Under the pieces are notes generated by a model. That model was not told where the DNA came from. It was given only the letters and a program-made list of their open reading frames with translations, and made no database searches. A stretch of DNA of 64,000 nucleotides, taken from the NCBI GenBank assembly GCA_963674695.2, contig CAXXGI010000003.1, positions 352,001 to 416,000 on the forward strand, in the 5' to 3' direction. Source of the DNA: a bacterium (GTDB lineage Bacteria; UBA10199; 2-02-FULL-44-16; JAAZCA01). Made by a program: the position numbers and the translations under genes. Positions 39,971 through 49,396 of this stretch are shown here, in pieces (positions within the stretch are counted from its first letter, which is position 1; the number at the start of each line of letters is the position of its first letter).

Positions 39971-41409
39971 TGAGAATATATGGATGCCCAGCCCTTGATG
40001 TAACGAGCGCTGGTTAACTCATAAATAATTCACTATGGGTGAAATTATTTAACTCATCGAAGGGGGGCATCCAGATGAAAAACATAGTCTATGTTGGTAT
40101 TGATGTCGATGATAATGCGTTCCATGGTCATGCGGTAGAGAACGATTCCGAAAAAACGTTTTCTTTTACGTGCAGGCCCAATGTAGCTCATTTGGTGAAG
40201 AAGTTAAATGCCCTCAGGGGGGAGAATGGAGAATTGAAAATATGCTACGAGAGCACTTATTTGGGATTTTCTCTTCAACGGGATCTCTCGGCCCATGGCT
40301 GGCATTGCGACGTCATAGCCTCTTCTCTCATTCCAAAGAAGCCCGGTAAATTTGTAAAAACAGACAAGATCGATTGTAGAAGCTTCGCGCGGAATTACAG
40401 AAACGGTGAACTGAGCATAGTGCATGTGCCTGATGCTGAGGAAGAATGTGTCCGAAGCATCGTTCGTTCCAGGAAGTTCCTCAAAGAACAATCAAAGGAG
40501 CTCAAGAGGCATATCCTCTCAGCCTGTCGTTGCGCTGGGATTCATTATCGAACCGAAGAGGGAAAAGGACGAGAATACTGGACAGCGGTGCACCGGGAGT
40601 GGCTATCAAGACAAACATCCAAGCATAAAAGCCAGGTTTTCCAATTTAACATTCACTCCTTATTGATGCATTTAAAGCAGGTAGAGCTAGAGATCGGTTG
40701 CTATGAAAAGGAGATCGCGCGGTTGGCTCAAAGCTCATTTTATAAAAAGAAAGTGGATTCCTTGCGGTGTTATCGAGGCTTAGACACGTTATCCTCCATG
40801 ACCCTTATTACAGAGATAGGAGATATTTCCCGTTTTGCACATCCACGGAAGCTCTGTTCCTATGCGGGCATGGACTTGAGGGAATATAGTTCAGGAGGAA
40901 AAGAGCATCGATTCAGCATGAGCAAGATGGGAAATCGGCATATACGAACCGGTGTGATAGAAGCATGCCAGTCATCTGCTCGAATTCCAAGGGTAAGCAA
41001 ACGACTCAAGGAAATGAGAAAAGGTACAGATGAACGATACATAGCCATTGCCGATCGATGTATGAAGCGGTTGCATCAAAAATCGAGTAGATTGCTGTGC
41101 CGGGGAAAAGAGAAAAACAAGGTGAAGGTTGCATGTGGACGAGAGTTGCTGTGTTTTATTTGGGAATCATTGAGGGGGGTTGATAGGGAGTTTAAAGCTG
41201 TGGAGGCTTGATTAAGCAGGGAATGAAGCAGCCCACGCCATGAACATGGATGTAGATATCCGAGGCGAGATTGTGGATAGGCTTCAATCGGATTCAACTT
41301 AATGCGTTAACCAGCACGCGGATATGAGGTTGAAAGCCCTTGAAGCTCATTGAAGACAACATCGCTTTAAGCACGATCACCCTATTGACACACTGGGCAT
41401 CCATATGAG
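39971..41409 (+). mobile_element. IS110-family (IS1111-type) insertion sequence
   Basis: 14-bp subterminal IRs atatggatgcccag (39978-39991) / ctgggcatccatat (41393-41406); TGAG at both junctions; interrupts the second copy of the 33745-33989 element; AT-richer than the host. Confidence 0.9.
40075..41211 (+). CDS. IS110-family DEDD transposase/recombinase
   Basis: YVGIDV, CYES, KTDKID, YAGM..REYSSGG, KMGNRHIR, VACGRELL. Confidence 0.95.
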   Translation: MKNIVYVGIDVDDNAFHGHAVENDSEKTFSFTCRPNVAHLVKKLNALRGENGELKICYESTYLGFSLQRDLSAHGWHCDVIASSLIPKKPGKFVKTDKIDCRSFARNYRNGELSIVHVPDAEEECVRSIVRSRKFLKEQSKELKRHILSACRCAGIHYRTEEGKGREYWTAVHREWLSRQTSKHKSQVFQFNIHSLLMHLKQVELEIGCYEKEIARLAQSSFYKKKVDSLRCYRGLDTLSSMTLITEIGDISRFAHPRKLCSYAGMDLREYSSGGKEHRFSMSKMGNRHIRTGVIEACQSSARIPRVSKRLKEMRKGTDERYIAIADRCMKRLHQKSSRLLCRGKEKNKVKVACGRELLCFIWESLRGVDREFKAVEA

Positions 41410-41507
41410 TTCATGAGGAAAGGCGGATCGAGTCAGATGCCAAAACGTGTGAGCGGAGCGAATGCGCAAAGACAAAAGGTTCCAAACGGTTTGATCATGC
41501 TCATTTC

Positions 41508-42287
41508 TTATGTTGATCCGCGGCGGTCGATGGTGAGGAGCGTGCCGCCGACGACGAGGATGGGGGCGAACAGCAGACTGAAGAAGGGGATCACGAAACC
41601 CGCACCCAAGCCCACGAGCGACCACTTGTGACGCCACCCGAAGCGGAAGCGATCGCCCGTCGGGACGATCCGCCGCCCGAGCGGCAGGTCGGCGAACGCG
41701 AACCCCAGGTCCCACGCGCCGAAGATGAGCGTGAGCACGACGTAGATCACGCCCCCCACGCCCGGGATGAGGTTGAGGACGAGCAGGGCGATCGGAATGA
41801 CGATGAGAATCGCCGCCTTGACCGACTCCACCCTGATGATGCGCAGCATGTCCCCCAGAAATTTCTTCCACACAAACGGCGGGCCTTCTTTGCCCGTGAC
41901 GATTATCTCCACGCGCTCGGAGAGCGCATCGTTGAAGGGCGCGGCGATGATGAGGCCGGCGGCATAGCCGACGATGAGCAGCAGGATGAGCGCGACGAGC
42001 ACGAGCAGGAGCTGAAACAGGACGTTGACGACCCAGAGCAGGGCATTCAGCGCCTGCCAGTACCAGGTGCTCGGGTTGTCGATCGTGAGATCGCCGACAT
42101 ACGACACCAGCCACCCATAGAGATCGCCATAGTAATGAACGAACACCCAAATCATCACGAGGATGAGCGCCAAGTTGATGAGGAACGGGATGAGCGCCCA
42201 CGGCCAGAGACGTGGCTTGGACAAGAGAAACGAAAACCCGCGAAAAAAATACCGCACGCCGTCGAAGAGGTCTTTGATAGGAGACAT
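41508..42287 (-). CDS. EI24/CysZ-family membrane protein, copy 2
   Basis: 259 aa, highly similar to 33998-34777. Confidence 0.88.
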   Translation of the reverse strand: MSPIKDLFDGVRYFFRGFSFLLSKPRLWPWALIPFLINLALILVMIWVFVHYYGDLYGWLVSYVGDLTIDNPSTWYWQALNALLWVVNVLFQLLLVLVALILLLIVGYAAGLIIAAPFNDALSERVEIIVTGKEGPPFVWKKFLGDMLRIIRVESVKAAILIVIPIALLVLNLIPGVGGVIYVVLTLIFGAWDLGFAFADLPLGRRIVPTGDRFRFGWRHKWSLVGLGAGFVIPFFSLLFAPILVVGGTLLTIDRRGST

Positions 42288-42446
42288 GGTTGGGACCTAT
42301 CGAAGTGGCTGCCAAGAAACAAGCGGGAAATGGATGGAGGCGAATAGCGCGTATTTTCACTGCTGTATCTCCTGTGAGCCGACCGGATCGCCCAATGTCT
42401 CATGCGGATGATGTCAGTTCGAAATGGCTATCTTAAGTAGAATCTA

Positions 42447-42474
42447 CGCAACATTTATCGCCCTATTGCGATAA
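42447..42474 (+). promoter_or_regulatory. Putative promoter CGCAAC-N16-CGATAA (operon 2)
   Basis: cgcaac atttatcgccctattg cgataa about 45 nt upstream of ATG 42521, in intergenic DNA otherwise unlike operon 1. Confidence 0.75.
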
Positions 42475-42520
42475 CCCCTTCGCATCACAAAACGAAAACA
42501 TATTTTACGAGGAGGAAATC

Positions 42521-43909
42521 ATGTCGATCTTTTTCACACCTTCAACCATGGGGCAGGCGGCGGCGGGGCTTGCCAACACACCAGTATTTGATGCCATGCA
42601 GCCCGCATACGCAACCGGCTTCGGCGACGGTGTTGGCGATGCATTTGAAGCACAGCAGGCCGTCACCGATTCGACCGTCTTCTATCAGAAGGAGGGTGAT
42701 GGTGATTCGCTCGTCAAGCAATCGAAGGGCGCGGGGGGAAAGAGCATCGTGGCCTATGGAAACGAAGCGCCGGTTGTGACGCTTGCCAATGGGCGGGAGG
42801 CGGAGATCAAGGAAAAGGCGCGTGAGGTCGTCGCGACGATGAAGCAGGATCCTTCAAGCGTAAAGGTTCGATTAGCGATGAGCGAGGTGGGGATAGATGC
42901 GCTCACGAATACGGGAGAGGTGGCCGAACTCCTGCAGGAGAACGTCGGTTCGCTCATGCGCTCGCTTGGGAGCGAAGGAAAAGTCCTCAAACAGTTAGGC
43001 GAGGTGCAGTCGATGATGAAGGTCGTCGAGGGCCCCTGGTATGCGCGCGCGATGGATGCGGTCTCAGAGAAGCTTCCGTTCGGGATGGGCGCGGGCAAGC
43101 GCATGGCGATTCGCTGGGAACGATTGAAGGATGTACCGAAGAACGTGATGGCCGGGCTCAAAGAGCATCGCGCTGAGTTGGAAAACGGGATCGTGGCGTT
43201 CGATCATCTCACGACGGCGGCCAAGTCCTGCCAGGTTCGCGTGGAGGAGGCGATCTTCATGTTCGATGAAGTCATCGCGGCGCTCAAGGAGGAACGGGCG
43301 AACTACGGCGAAGGGACGCAGGAGCGTGCGGTCTGGGAGAACGTGATCAAGAACCTGGAGCGGCGCAAGACGCAGATGATCGTGCAGCGCGGACGCCTCA
43401 CGCAGGGGATTTTGGTCAACTTGGTCCACATCGATATCAACGAGGCCGGGATCAACGAGATCGAGATGACGCTGGATGATGTCGCGATCGGCATGCCGAT
43501 GGCGCTGGCGCAACTGGCGGGGCGCGCCCGGCAGAAGGCGGCGCAGCTGGTGACGGGGAAGACGCGGGCGTTCAACCGTCAGCTGAATACGGCGGTGATC
43601 GAGGGCGCGCGCAGCGGGGTCGAGGGCCAGCTTGAACTCGAGCGCGACGGAGCCAAGGATGTTGAGTCTGTTATCGCAAATATGAAACGCCTCGTGGAAA
43701 CGCTCGAGCGCTATCGAACCGGGAGGCTAGAGAATCATCAGTTGATCGGCAAGACGCTCAGGGCCGCCAAAGGCCTAAGGGGTGGGGCCGAAAAGGCTAT
43801 CGCGGAATTCCAGGAGACGCGCCGGGCGCTGGGGCTCGCCAATCCGCGCGCGGCGCTAGAAGAGAAGGACAAGAAGCTCAGCGATGGCATCACGGAGACG
43901 AACGGTTGA
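42521..43909 (+). CDS. TelA/KlaB-like protein with N-terminal leader, copy 2
   Basis: RBS GAGGAGG; MSIFFT start and SLGSEG, VEGPWY, LPFG, RRKTQMI shared with 35005-36420. Confidence 0.7.
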   Translation: MSIFFTPSTMGQAAAGLANTPVFDAMQPAYATGFGDGVGDAFEAQQAVTDSTVFYQKEGDGDSLVKQSKGAGGKSIVAYGNEAPVVTLANGREAEIKEKAREVVATMKQDPSSVKVRLAMSEVGIDALTNTGEVAELLQENVGSLMRSLGSEGKVLKQLGEVQSMMKVVEGPWYARAMDAVSEKLPFGMGAGKRMAIRWERLKDVPKNVMAGLKEHRAELENGIVAFDHLTTAAKSCQVRVEEAIFMFDEVIAALKEERANYGEGTQERAVWENVIKNLERRKTQMIVQRGRLTQGILVNLVHIDINEAGINEIEMTLDDVAIGMPMALAQLAGRARQKAAQLVTGKTRAFNRQLNTAVIEGARSGVEGQLELERDGAKDVESVIANMKRLVETLERYRTGRLENHQLIGKTLRAAKGLRGGAEKAIAEFQETRRALGLANPRAALEEKDKKLSDGITETNG

Positions 43910-43944
43910 AGAGGTGCTGCGTTCGTAAACAGGAGGTATAGGGC

Positions 43945-45690
43945 ATGGGCGGAATAGTGACGACAGTGGGAATGGGCTATACGTTGATGCCGATGTTGCC
44001 GTTATCATTCGATGCGGATGGTACAGATGCCGACGACGTGAATGCGACGCAGACGATGGCCTTTGCCGCAGCGGGAGATTCCTTTGAAGAGGAGGCGTCG
44101 CCCGCCGCGGTTGCCGTGATGGAGAGGCCCGTGAATACCCCGCTCGGATCGATCTTTCATGCGTTGCCGCCGGAGTTTCACGCGATGGTGGTGGGGAAAG
44201 GGGATCCACCTGCTTCGGCGTTGGAGCCTATAGCGATGACCGTCAACACGTCCTCGGTGCCAATAGATAAAAGGAAAAAACTAGCGCTGATCGTGAGGCC
44301 GTGGAATCACTTGAGTGTGGGTTTTATTGCTAATGTGTTTTCATTATGGGGATGTGCCATTTTTTCTAGTGTAATACCGAAGGTGCTCAATCTTCATTTA
44401 TCTGCGGAAGATCAGGTTGCGCTATTAGGCGGAAGTTTTGCAGCAGCTCAGGGGTTGCTGATGATCACTGGAACAATCGTGTATCATGGCGGTGATTGGC
44501 TACAGCTTATCGAGAGAACCTGTTTTTCCAGTAGCAGGCAGCAAATGACTTCAATCAAAGACGTCCTTGCACAACCCATCGCCAAACAGGTCCTCGGCAG
44601 CGAGATCTCCCAGGAGGATTATCGAAGTGCGTTGTCCGCAAATGTGAGCGAGTGGAACAAACTGAACCCGGTCGAGCAGTCTGCCTATCTGCGCGCCGAT
44701 CGGCGAAGTGGTCTCGATGATCAAGAGAAACCCATCGTTTTGCAATCACGCGCCACCCCGGTTTCAGTCGGCTTTACGTTGCAGCGACTCCTCGAACGCT
44801 TTCACGGCCTGGGTGGTGTGGGTGCGCAGCGGGAGATGGATGGGGCGAGTCCAGAGTTGAGCAAGTGGCATGGGGACTATCTCGCCAAATTGGAGAATGG
44901 GGGCGAAGATACCACGAAGTTTCGGACGGATAAAAGTCACATCCCCGCAATGGCGATCGGTGCAAAACTTGCCGCCATCCCCGCTGCGCGACGTGCGCTC
45001 AGAGGTGTTCCCAGAAAGCAATATGAGGGGATGGTCAAGGCGGTCATCAAGGAGTGGAAAACGCTCAATCCTGTCCAGCGCGGAACGCTGCACATCGCCG
45101 ATCGTCTCATGGGGATTGCAACAGAGGAGCATGGCATCGACATTTCACCGAGCTGGTGGACGATCTCTACCGGGTTCGCGTTGATGCGTATGATTGGGCG
45201 ATTGGGTCTGGCGGATGTTGTAGCCGAGGGAGCCTCAAAAGGGCCGGGGGTATGGTATCAGCGCTATAGTGCATATCTGGCCGAGGCGTCGACTCATCCC
45301 CTCGACCTATCGGTGAAGAAGGGTATGGATTCAAAGTCAGTCATTTCCGCCCACCTCTTGCAGATTCCGGAAGTGCGGAGCGCACTCTTGAATTTATCGA
45401 TGAAGGAGTACCGAGCAGTCATAGACAGGATCACTTCCGAGTGGAGGAAGACAAACGAAGTATCACAAATAGATCATTTGGAGACCGACAAGAAAAACGG
45501 CCTTCTCTCCGACATCGACCAAGAGGGCCTCATCTCCCCCGGTTACATCGCCCGCCTTTTCTGCGAGCGATATCTCGGTATGGGTGAGAAGGCTGTGCGC
45601 GAGCGGTTCAAACTCGATGCCAAGGTGCGTGAGAAGCTGGAGGCGTGGTATCGGTCGTATCGGAAGGCGTTGGATGGCGTGAGCGTGTGA
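43945..45690 (+). CDS. Family A paralog A2
   Basis: RBS AGGAGG; same architecture as A1. Confidence 0.85.
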   Translation: MGGIVTTVGMGYTLMPMLPLSFDADGTDADDVNATQTMAFAAAGDSFEEEASPAAVAVMERPVNTPLGSIFHALPPEFHAMVVGKGDPPASALEPIAMTVNTSSVPIDKRKKLALIVRPWNHLSVGFIANVFSLWGCAIFSSVIPKVLNLHLSAEDQVALLGGSFAAAQGLLMITGTIVYHGGDWLQLIERTCFSSSRQQMTSIKDVLAQPIAKQVLGSEISQEDYRSALSANVSEWNKLNPVEQSAYLRADRRSGLDDQEKPIVLQSRATPVSVGFTLQRLLERFHGLGGVGAQREMDGASPELSKWHGDYLAKLENGGEDTTKFRTDKSHIPAMAIGAKLAAIPAARRALRGVPRKQYEGMVKAVIKEWKTLNPVQRGTLHIADRLMGIATEEHGIDISPSWWTISTGFALMRMIGRLGLADVVAEGASKGPGVWYQRYSAYLAEASTHPLDLSVKKGMDSKSVISAHLLQIPEVRSALLNLSMKEYRAVIDRITSEWRKTNEVSQIDHLETDKKNGLLSDIDQEGLISPGYIARLFCERYLGMGEKAVRERFKLDAKVREKLEAWYRSYRKALDGVSV

Positions 45691-45711
45691 TTGGTTCAAG
45701 GAGGATAAAGG

Positions 45712-47508
45712 ATGAGTGGATTGGGAAATATTGTGGGATTGAACAACTTCGTGCCGAGCATGGCATTGGCGACGGCGGGCGGCGGTCTGGGGCTCGGTGA
45801 CGGCGTTGCGTCCGCCGCGAGCGACGATCCGATCGACATGACCTCCCCGATGGCGTTTGCTGCGGATGGTGATGCGTTTGAGGCGGGAGATCCAGGCACG
45901 GTTGCAGTGGTGAATAGGCCCGCGAATAATACCTCCCTCGCATCCCTCTTCGCCCCGTGTGCACATCACGCGATGGTGCGGAATGATAGTGCTATTGAGA
46001 TAAACGTTAGTAGGCTGCAAGAGCCTCAAAAACCAAAACGAAAAGGCAAAGATCGTTTGTGGCATTTCTATCCGGGTAAAGCTGTGGGAGAGTATGTTTA
46101 CAGAAATGATGAGATTGGCCCCGTTGATTGGTTAGTTCCAGTAGATATGAATGGTACAGGATTAGCGCTCACTACTATGTGGGTTGTTGGAGCCGCTGGC
46201 ATGGTCGCCATTGCGGCCTTCGCCACGAGTGGTATTGAATTGATCTTTTACGAGGCCGGTGCGTGGCTCTTCAATAAGACCTGTGGGAACGCAGTTGCTC
46301 ATGGCAGAGAATGGATGAAAATTGCAAGACACACGTTAACACAGGGCACATTCGGACAAGAGAACTCCTCAATCAAAGACGTCCTTGCACAACCCATCGC
46401 CAAACAGGCCATCGGCAGCGAGATCTCCCAGACAGAGTATCGAAGTGCGCTCTTTGCGAATGTTCGCGAATGGAACAAACTGAACCCGGTCGAGCAGGCG
46501 GCCTTCCTGCGCGCCGATCGGCGGAGCGGTTTTGACTATCGAAAGGAACCCATCGTTCTGCAATCACGCGGCACCCCGGTTTCAGTCGGTTTCAATCTAC
46601 AGCGACTCCTCGAGCGCTTTCACGGCCTGGGTGGCGTGGGTGCGCAGCAGGAGATGGAAGGGGCGAGTCAAGAGCTGAGCAAGTGGCATAGGGACTATCG
46701 CGCCAAATTGGAGAATGGGGGCGAAGATACCACGAAGTTTCGGACGGATAAAAGTCACATCCCCGCAATGGCGATCGGTGCAAAACTTGCCGCCATCCCC
46801 GCTGCGCGACGTGCGCTCAGAGGTGTTCCCAGAAAGCAATATGAGGGGATGGTCAAGGCGGTCATCAAGGAGTGGAAAACGCTCAATCCTGTCCAGCGCG
46901 GAACGCTGCACATCGCCGATCGTCTCATGGGGATTGCAACAGAGGAGCATGGCATCGACATTTCACCGAGCTGGTGGACGATCTCTACCGGGTTCGCGTT
47001 GATGCGTATGATTGGGCGATTGGGTCTGGCGGATGTTGTAGCCGAGGGAGCCTCAAAAGGGCCGGGGGTATGGTATCAGCGCTATAGTGCATATCTGGCC
47101 GAGGCGTCGACTCATCCCCTCGACCTATCGGTGAAGAAGGGTATGGATTCAAAGTCAGTCATTTCCGCCCACCTCTTGCAGATTCCGGAAGTGCGGAGCG
47201 CACTCTTGAATTTATCGATGAAGGAGTACCGAGCAGTCATAGACAGGATCACTTCCGAGTGGAGGAAGACAAACGAAGTATCACAAATAGATCATTTGGA
47301 GACCGACAAGAAAAACGGCCTTCTCTCCGACATTCAGGGTGCAGGCCTCATCTCCCCCGGCTTCATCGCCCGCCGCTTTTGTGAGCGCTATCTCGGCATG
47401 GGTGAGAAGGCTGTGCGCGAGCGGTTCAAACTCGATGCCAAGGTGCGTGAGAAGCTGGAGGCGTGGTATCGGTCGTATCTCGATGCGCTCGATGGCGTGA
47501 GCGTGTGA
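45712..47508 (+). CDS. Family A paralog A3
   Basis: C-terminal two-thirds near-identical to A2 (offset 1818); N-terminus resembles A4. Confidence 0.85.
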   Translation: MSGLGNIVGLNNFVPSMALATAGGGLGLGDGVASAASDDPIDMTSPMAFAADGDAFEAGDPGTVAVVNRPANNTSLASLFAPCAHHAMVRNDSAIEINVSRLQEPQKPKRKGKDRLWHFYPGKAVGEYVYRNDEIGPVDWLVPVDMNGTGLALTTMWVVGAAGMVAIAAFATSGIELIFYEAGAWLFNKTCGNAVAHGREWMKIARHTLTQGTFGQENSSIKDVLAQPIAKQAIGSEISQTEYRSALFANVREWNKLNPVEQAAFLRADRRSGFDYRKEPIVLQSRGTPVSVGFNLQRLLERFHGLGGVGAQQEMEGASQELSKWHRDYRAKLENGGEDTTKFRTDKSHIPAMAIGAKLAAIPAARRALRGVPRKQYEGMVKAVIKEWKTLNPVQRGTLHIADRLMGIATEEHGIDISPSWWTISTGFALMRMIGRLGLADVVAEGASKGPGVWYQRYSAYLAEASTHPLDLSVKKGMDSKSVISAHLLQIPEVRSALLNLSMKEYRAVIDRITSEWRKTNEVSQIDHLETDKKNGLLSDIQGAGLISPGFIARRFCERYLGMGEKAVRERFKLDAKVREKLEAWYRSYLDALDGVSV

Positions 47509-47530
47509 TCGGATACAAGGAGAACGAAGG

Positions 47531-49396
47531 ATGAGCGGACTGGGAAATATTGTGGGACTGAATAACTTTGTGCCGAGCATGGCATTGGCGACGGCGGGTG
47601 GTGGTGTGGATTTCGGCGAGGAGGTCGTCTCCGGCGCGAGCGACGGTCTGGGTGTCGACATGCAATCCTCGATGGCGTTCGCGGCTGAAGGCGATGCGTT
47701 TGAGAACGGAGAACAGCCCGACACGCTTACAGTAGCGGAGAGGCCTGCTGGTTCCTCACGCGAATCCCTCTTCGCGCCGTCGGAGTCTCACGAGATGGTG
47801 GCGAAGAAACAAGGTCAAAAGGTTTCGTTGCCGGATTCGTCCCGGGATGCTGATGAATCGGCACCAAGCGCGTTGCAGATCGATATTGCCGTTCCTCAGA
47901 TTCTTCCATCGAAGAAACGGTTGTGGCATTTCTATCCGCTCGAAGGTGCAGGGCATCGTGTGTATTTGAAGGACAAGAAGGGAGCGTATCTCTATGATGA
48001 TAATGGATGGGTAAAACATCGCACAACCGATACCGGTTATTGGCTCTTGACGATGTGGTGGGCGGGGTTGGGAGGCATGATTGCGGCTCCCATTATTTCG
48101 GTTGCAGTATTCAATACTGGTCTTGCCGGGACGGTTGCGGTCGAGTCGGGTATGTGGCTCTTCAATAAGTTCTGCGGAAATGCCGTGGTGCATGGCGGTG
48201 AATGGATGCGTGTCCTTTTTCCGAGGTCCTTCATTTCGAAACAGATGAAGGGGGCGACACAAGCGCTTCTGAAAGAGGAATTGATGGGGAGCGTCGTGGG
48301 AGATGACGTCGGTCAGCGAACGTATCATGACCTGCAGAAGCAATACATCCGTGAATGGAGCGAGAAAAATCCGGTCGAGCAGGCGGTCTTTCTCCGAGCC
48401 GATCGTATCAAGGCGAACGAAAAATCAGACACGCCGATCCTGTTGTGTCAGAGCCGATCGCCCGTCTCCGTTGGATTTCTGATGTGCCGATTCATCGAGC
48501 AGATGTATGGTATGGGCGGGATAGCGCAGGACGTCATCTCCCGGAAGCCGTCGTCGACGATCGATGACTGGCATGCTCAATATAAGAACATGCTCGACAA
48601 CGAGAGCCAACGACAGGTGAAATTCTCCACGGAGGATACGCATGTTCCGGAGATGGTGATCGGCGCCAAGCTCGCGGCGATTCCTGCAGCACGTCGCGCT
48701 CTCATGGGGGTGTCGAAAAAACAGTATCGGAGGATGCTCGGGAGGATCATCGGGGAGTGGGCTAGGTTCAATCCGATATCCTGTGGCGTCTTTCATGCGG
48801 TGGATCACCAAATGAACGTTGTGCCGGAAACCGATCCGGTGATGGTGTCATCGCACTGGTTGGGCATGTCTCCCGGATTTGTCCTGATGCGTCTGATCGA
48901 ACGTTTGGGGATAGAGGATGTGGTGACGACTGGCGATGCAAACGATCCGGCGGTCTGGCATGCGGCGTACACGAAGATGGGAATGGCCAAGTTGCAGAAG
49001 CGGGCGTTGACGATCAGCGTGAACAAAGATGCCGACGGAAACGATGCCATTGCGCTCGGATTGATGCGGGAACCTCGAATACGAGCGGCCTTGATGCATT
49101 TTTCCAAGGCCGAATATCGCGGTATGATAAAAAAAATTGTCGGTGAATGGAATGGTGTAAATCTCTTTTCACGGAGACGCCATGTGAAGACGGATATCGG
49201 TCAAGGGCTGTTGCCTCCGGATAGTGATGGCAATGCCATCTCCCCCGGCTTCATCGCCCGGCGTTTCTGCGAGCGCTATCTCGGCATGGGCGAGAAGGGC
49301 ACGCGCGAGCAGTTCAAATTCGACGCCGAGGTGCGCAACAAGCTGGAGGCCTGGTATCGGTCGTATATGAGGGCGCTGGAGGGAGGGGCAGGATGA
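47531..49396 (+). CDS. Family A paralog A4
   Basis: MSGLGNIVGLNNFVPSMALATAGGG leader shared with A3; three repeats. Confidence 0.85.
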   Translation: MSGLGNIVGLNNFVPSMALATAGGGVDFGEEVVSGASDGLGVDMQSSMAFAAEGDAFENGEQPDTLTVAERPAGSSRESLFAPSESHEMVAKKQGQKVSLPDSSRDADESAPSALQIDIAVPQILPSKKRLWHFYPLEGAGHRVYLKDKKGAYLYDDNGWVKHRTTDTGYWLLTMWWAGLGGMIAAPIISVAVFNTGLAGTVAVESGMWLFNKFCGNAVVHGGEWMRVLFPRSFISKQMKGATQALLKEELMGSVVGDDVGQRTYHDLQKQYIREWSEKNPVEQAVFLRADRIKANEKSDTPILLCQSRSPVSVGFLMCRFIEQMYGMGGIAQDVISRKPSSTIDDWHAQYKNMLDNESQRQVKFSTEDTHVPEMVIGAKLAAIPAARRALMGVSKKQYRRMLGRIIGEWARFNPISCGVFHAVDHQMNVVPETDPVMVSSHWLGMSPGFVLMRLIERLGIEDVVTTGDANDPAVWHAAYTKMGMAKLQKRALTISVNKDADGNDAIALGLMREPRIRAALMHFSKAEYRGMIKKIVGEWNGVNLFSRRRHVKTDIGQGLLPPDSDGNAISPGFIARRFCERYLGMGEKGTREQFKFDAEVRNKLEAWYRSYMRALEGGAG

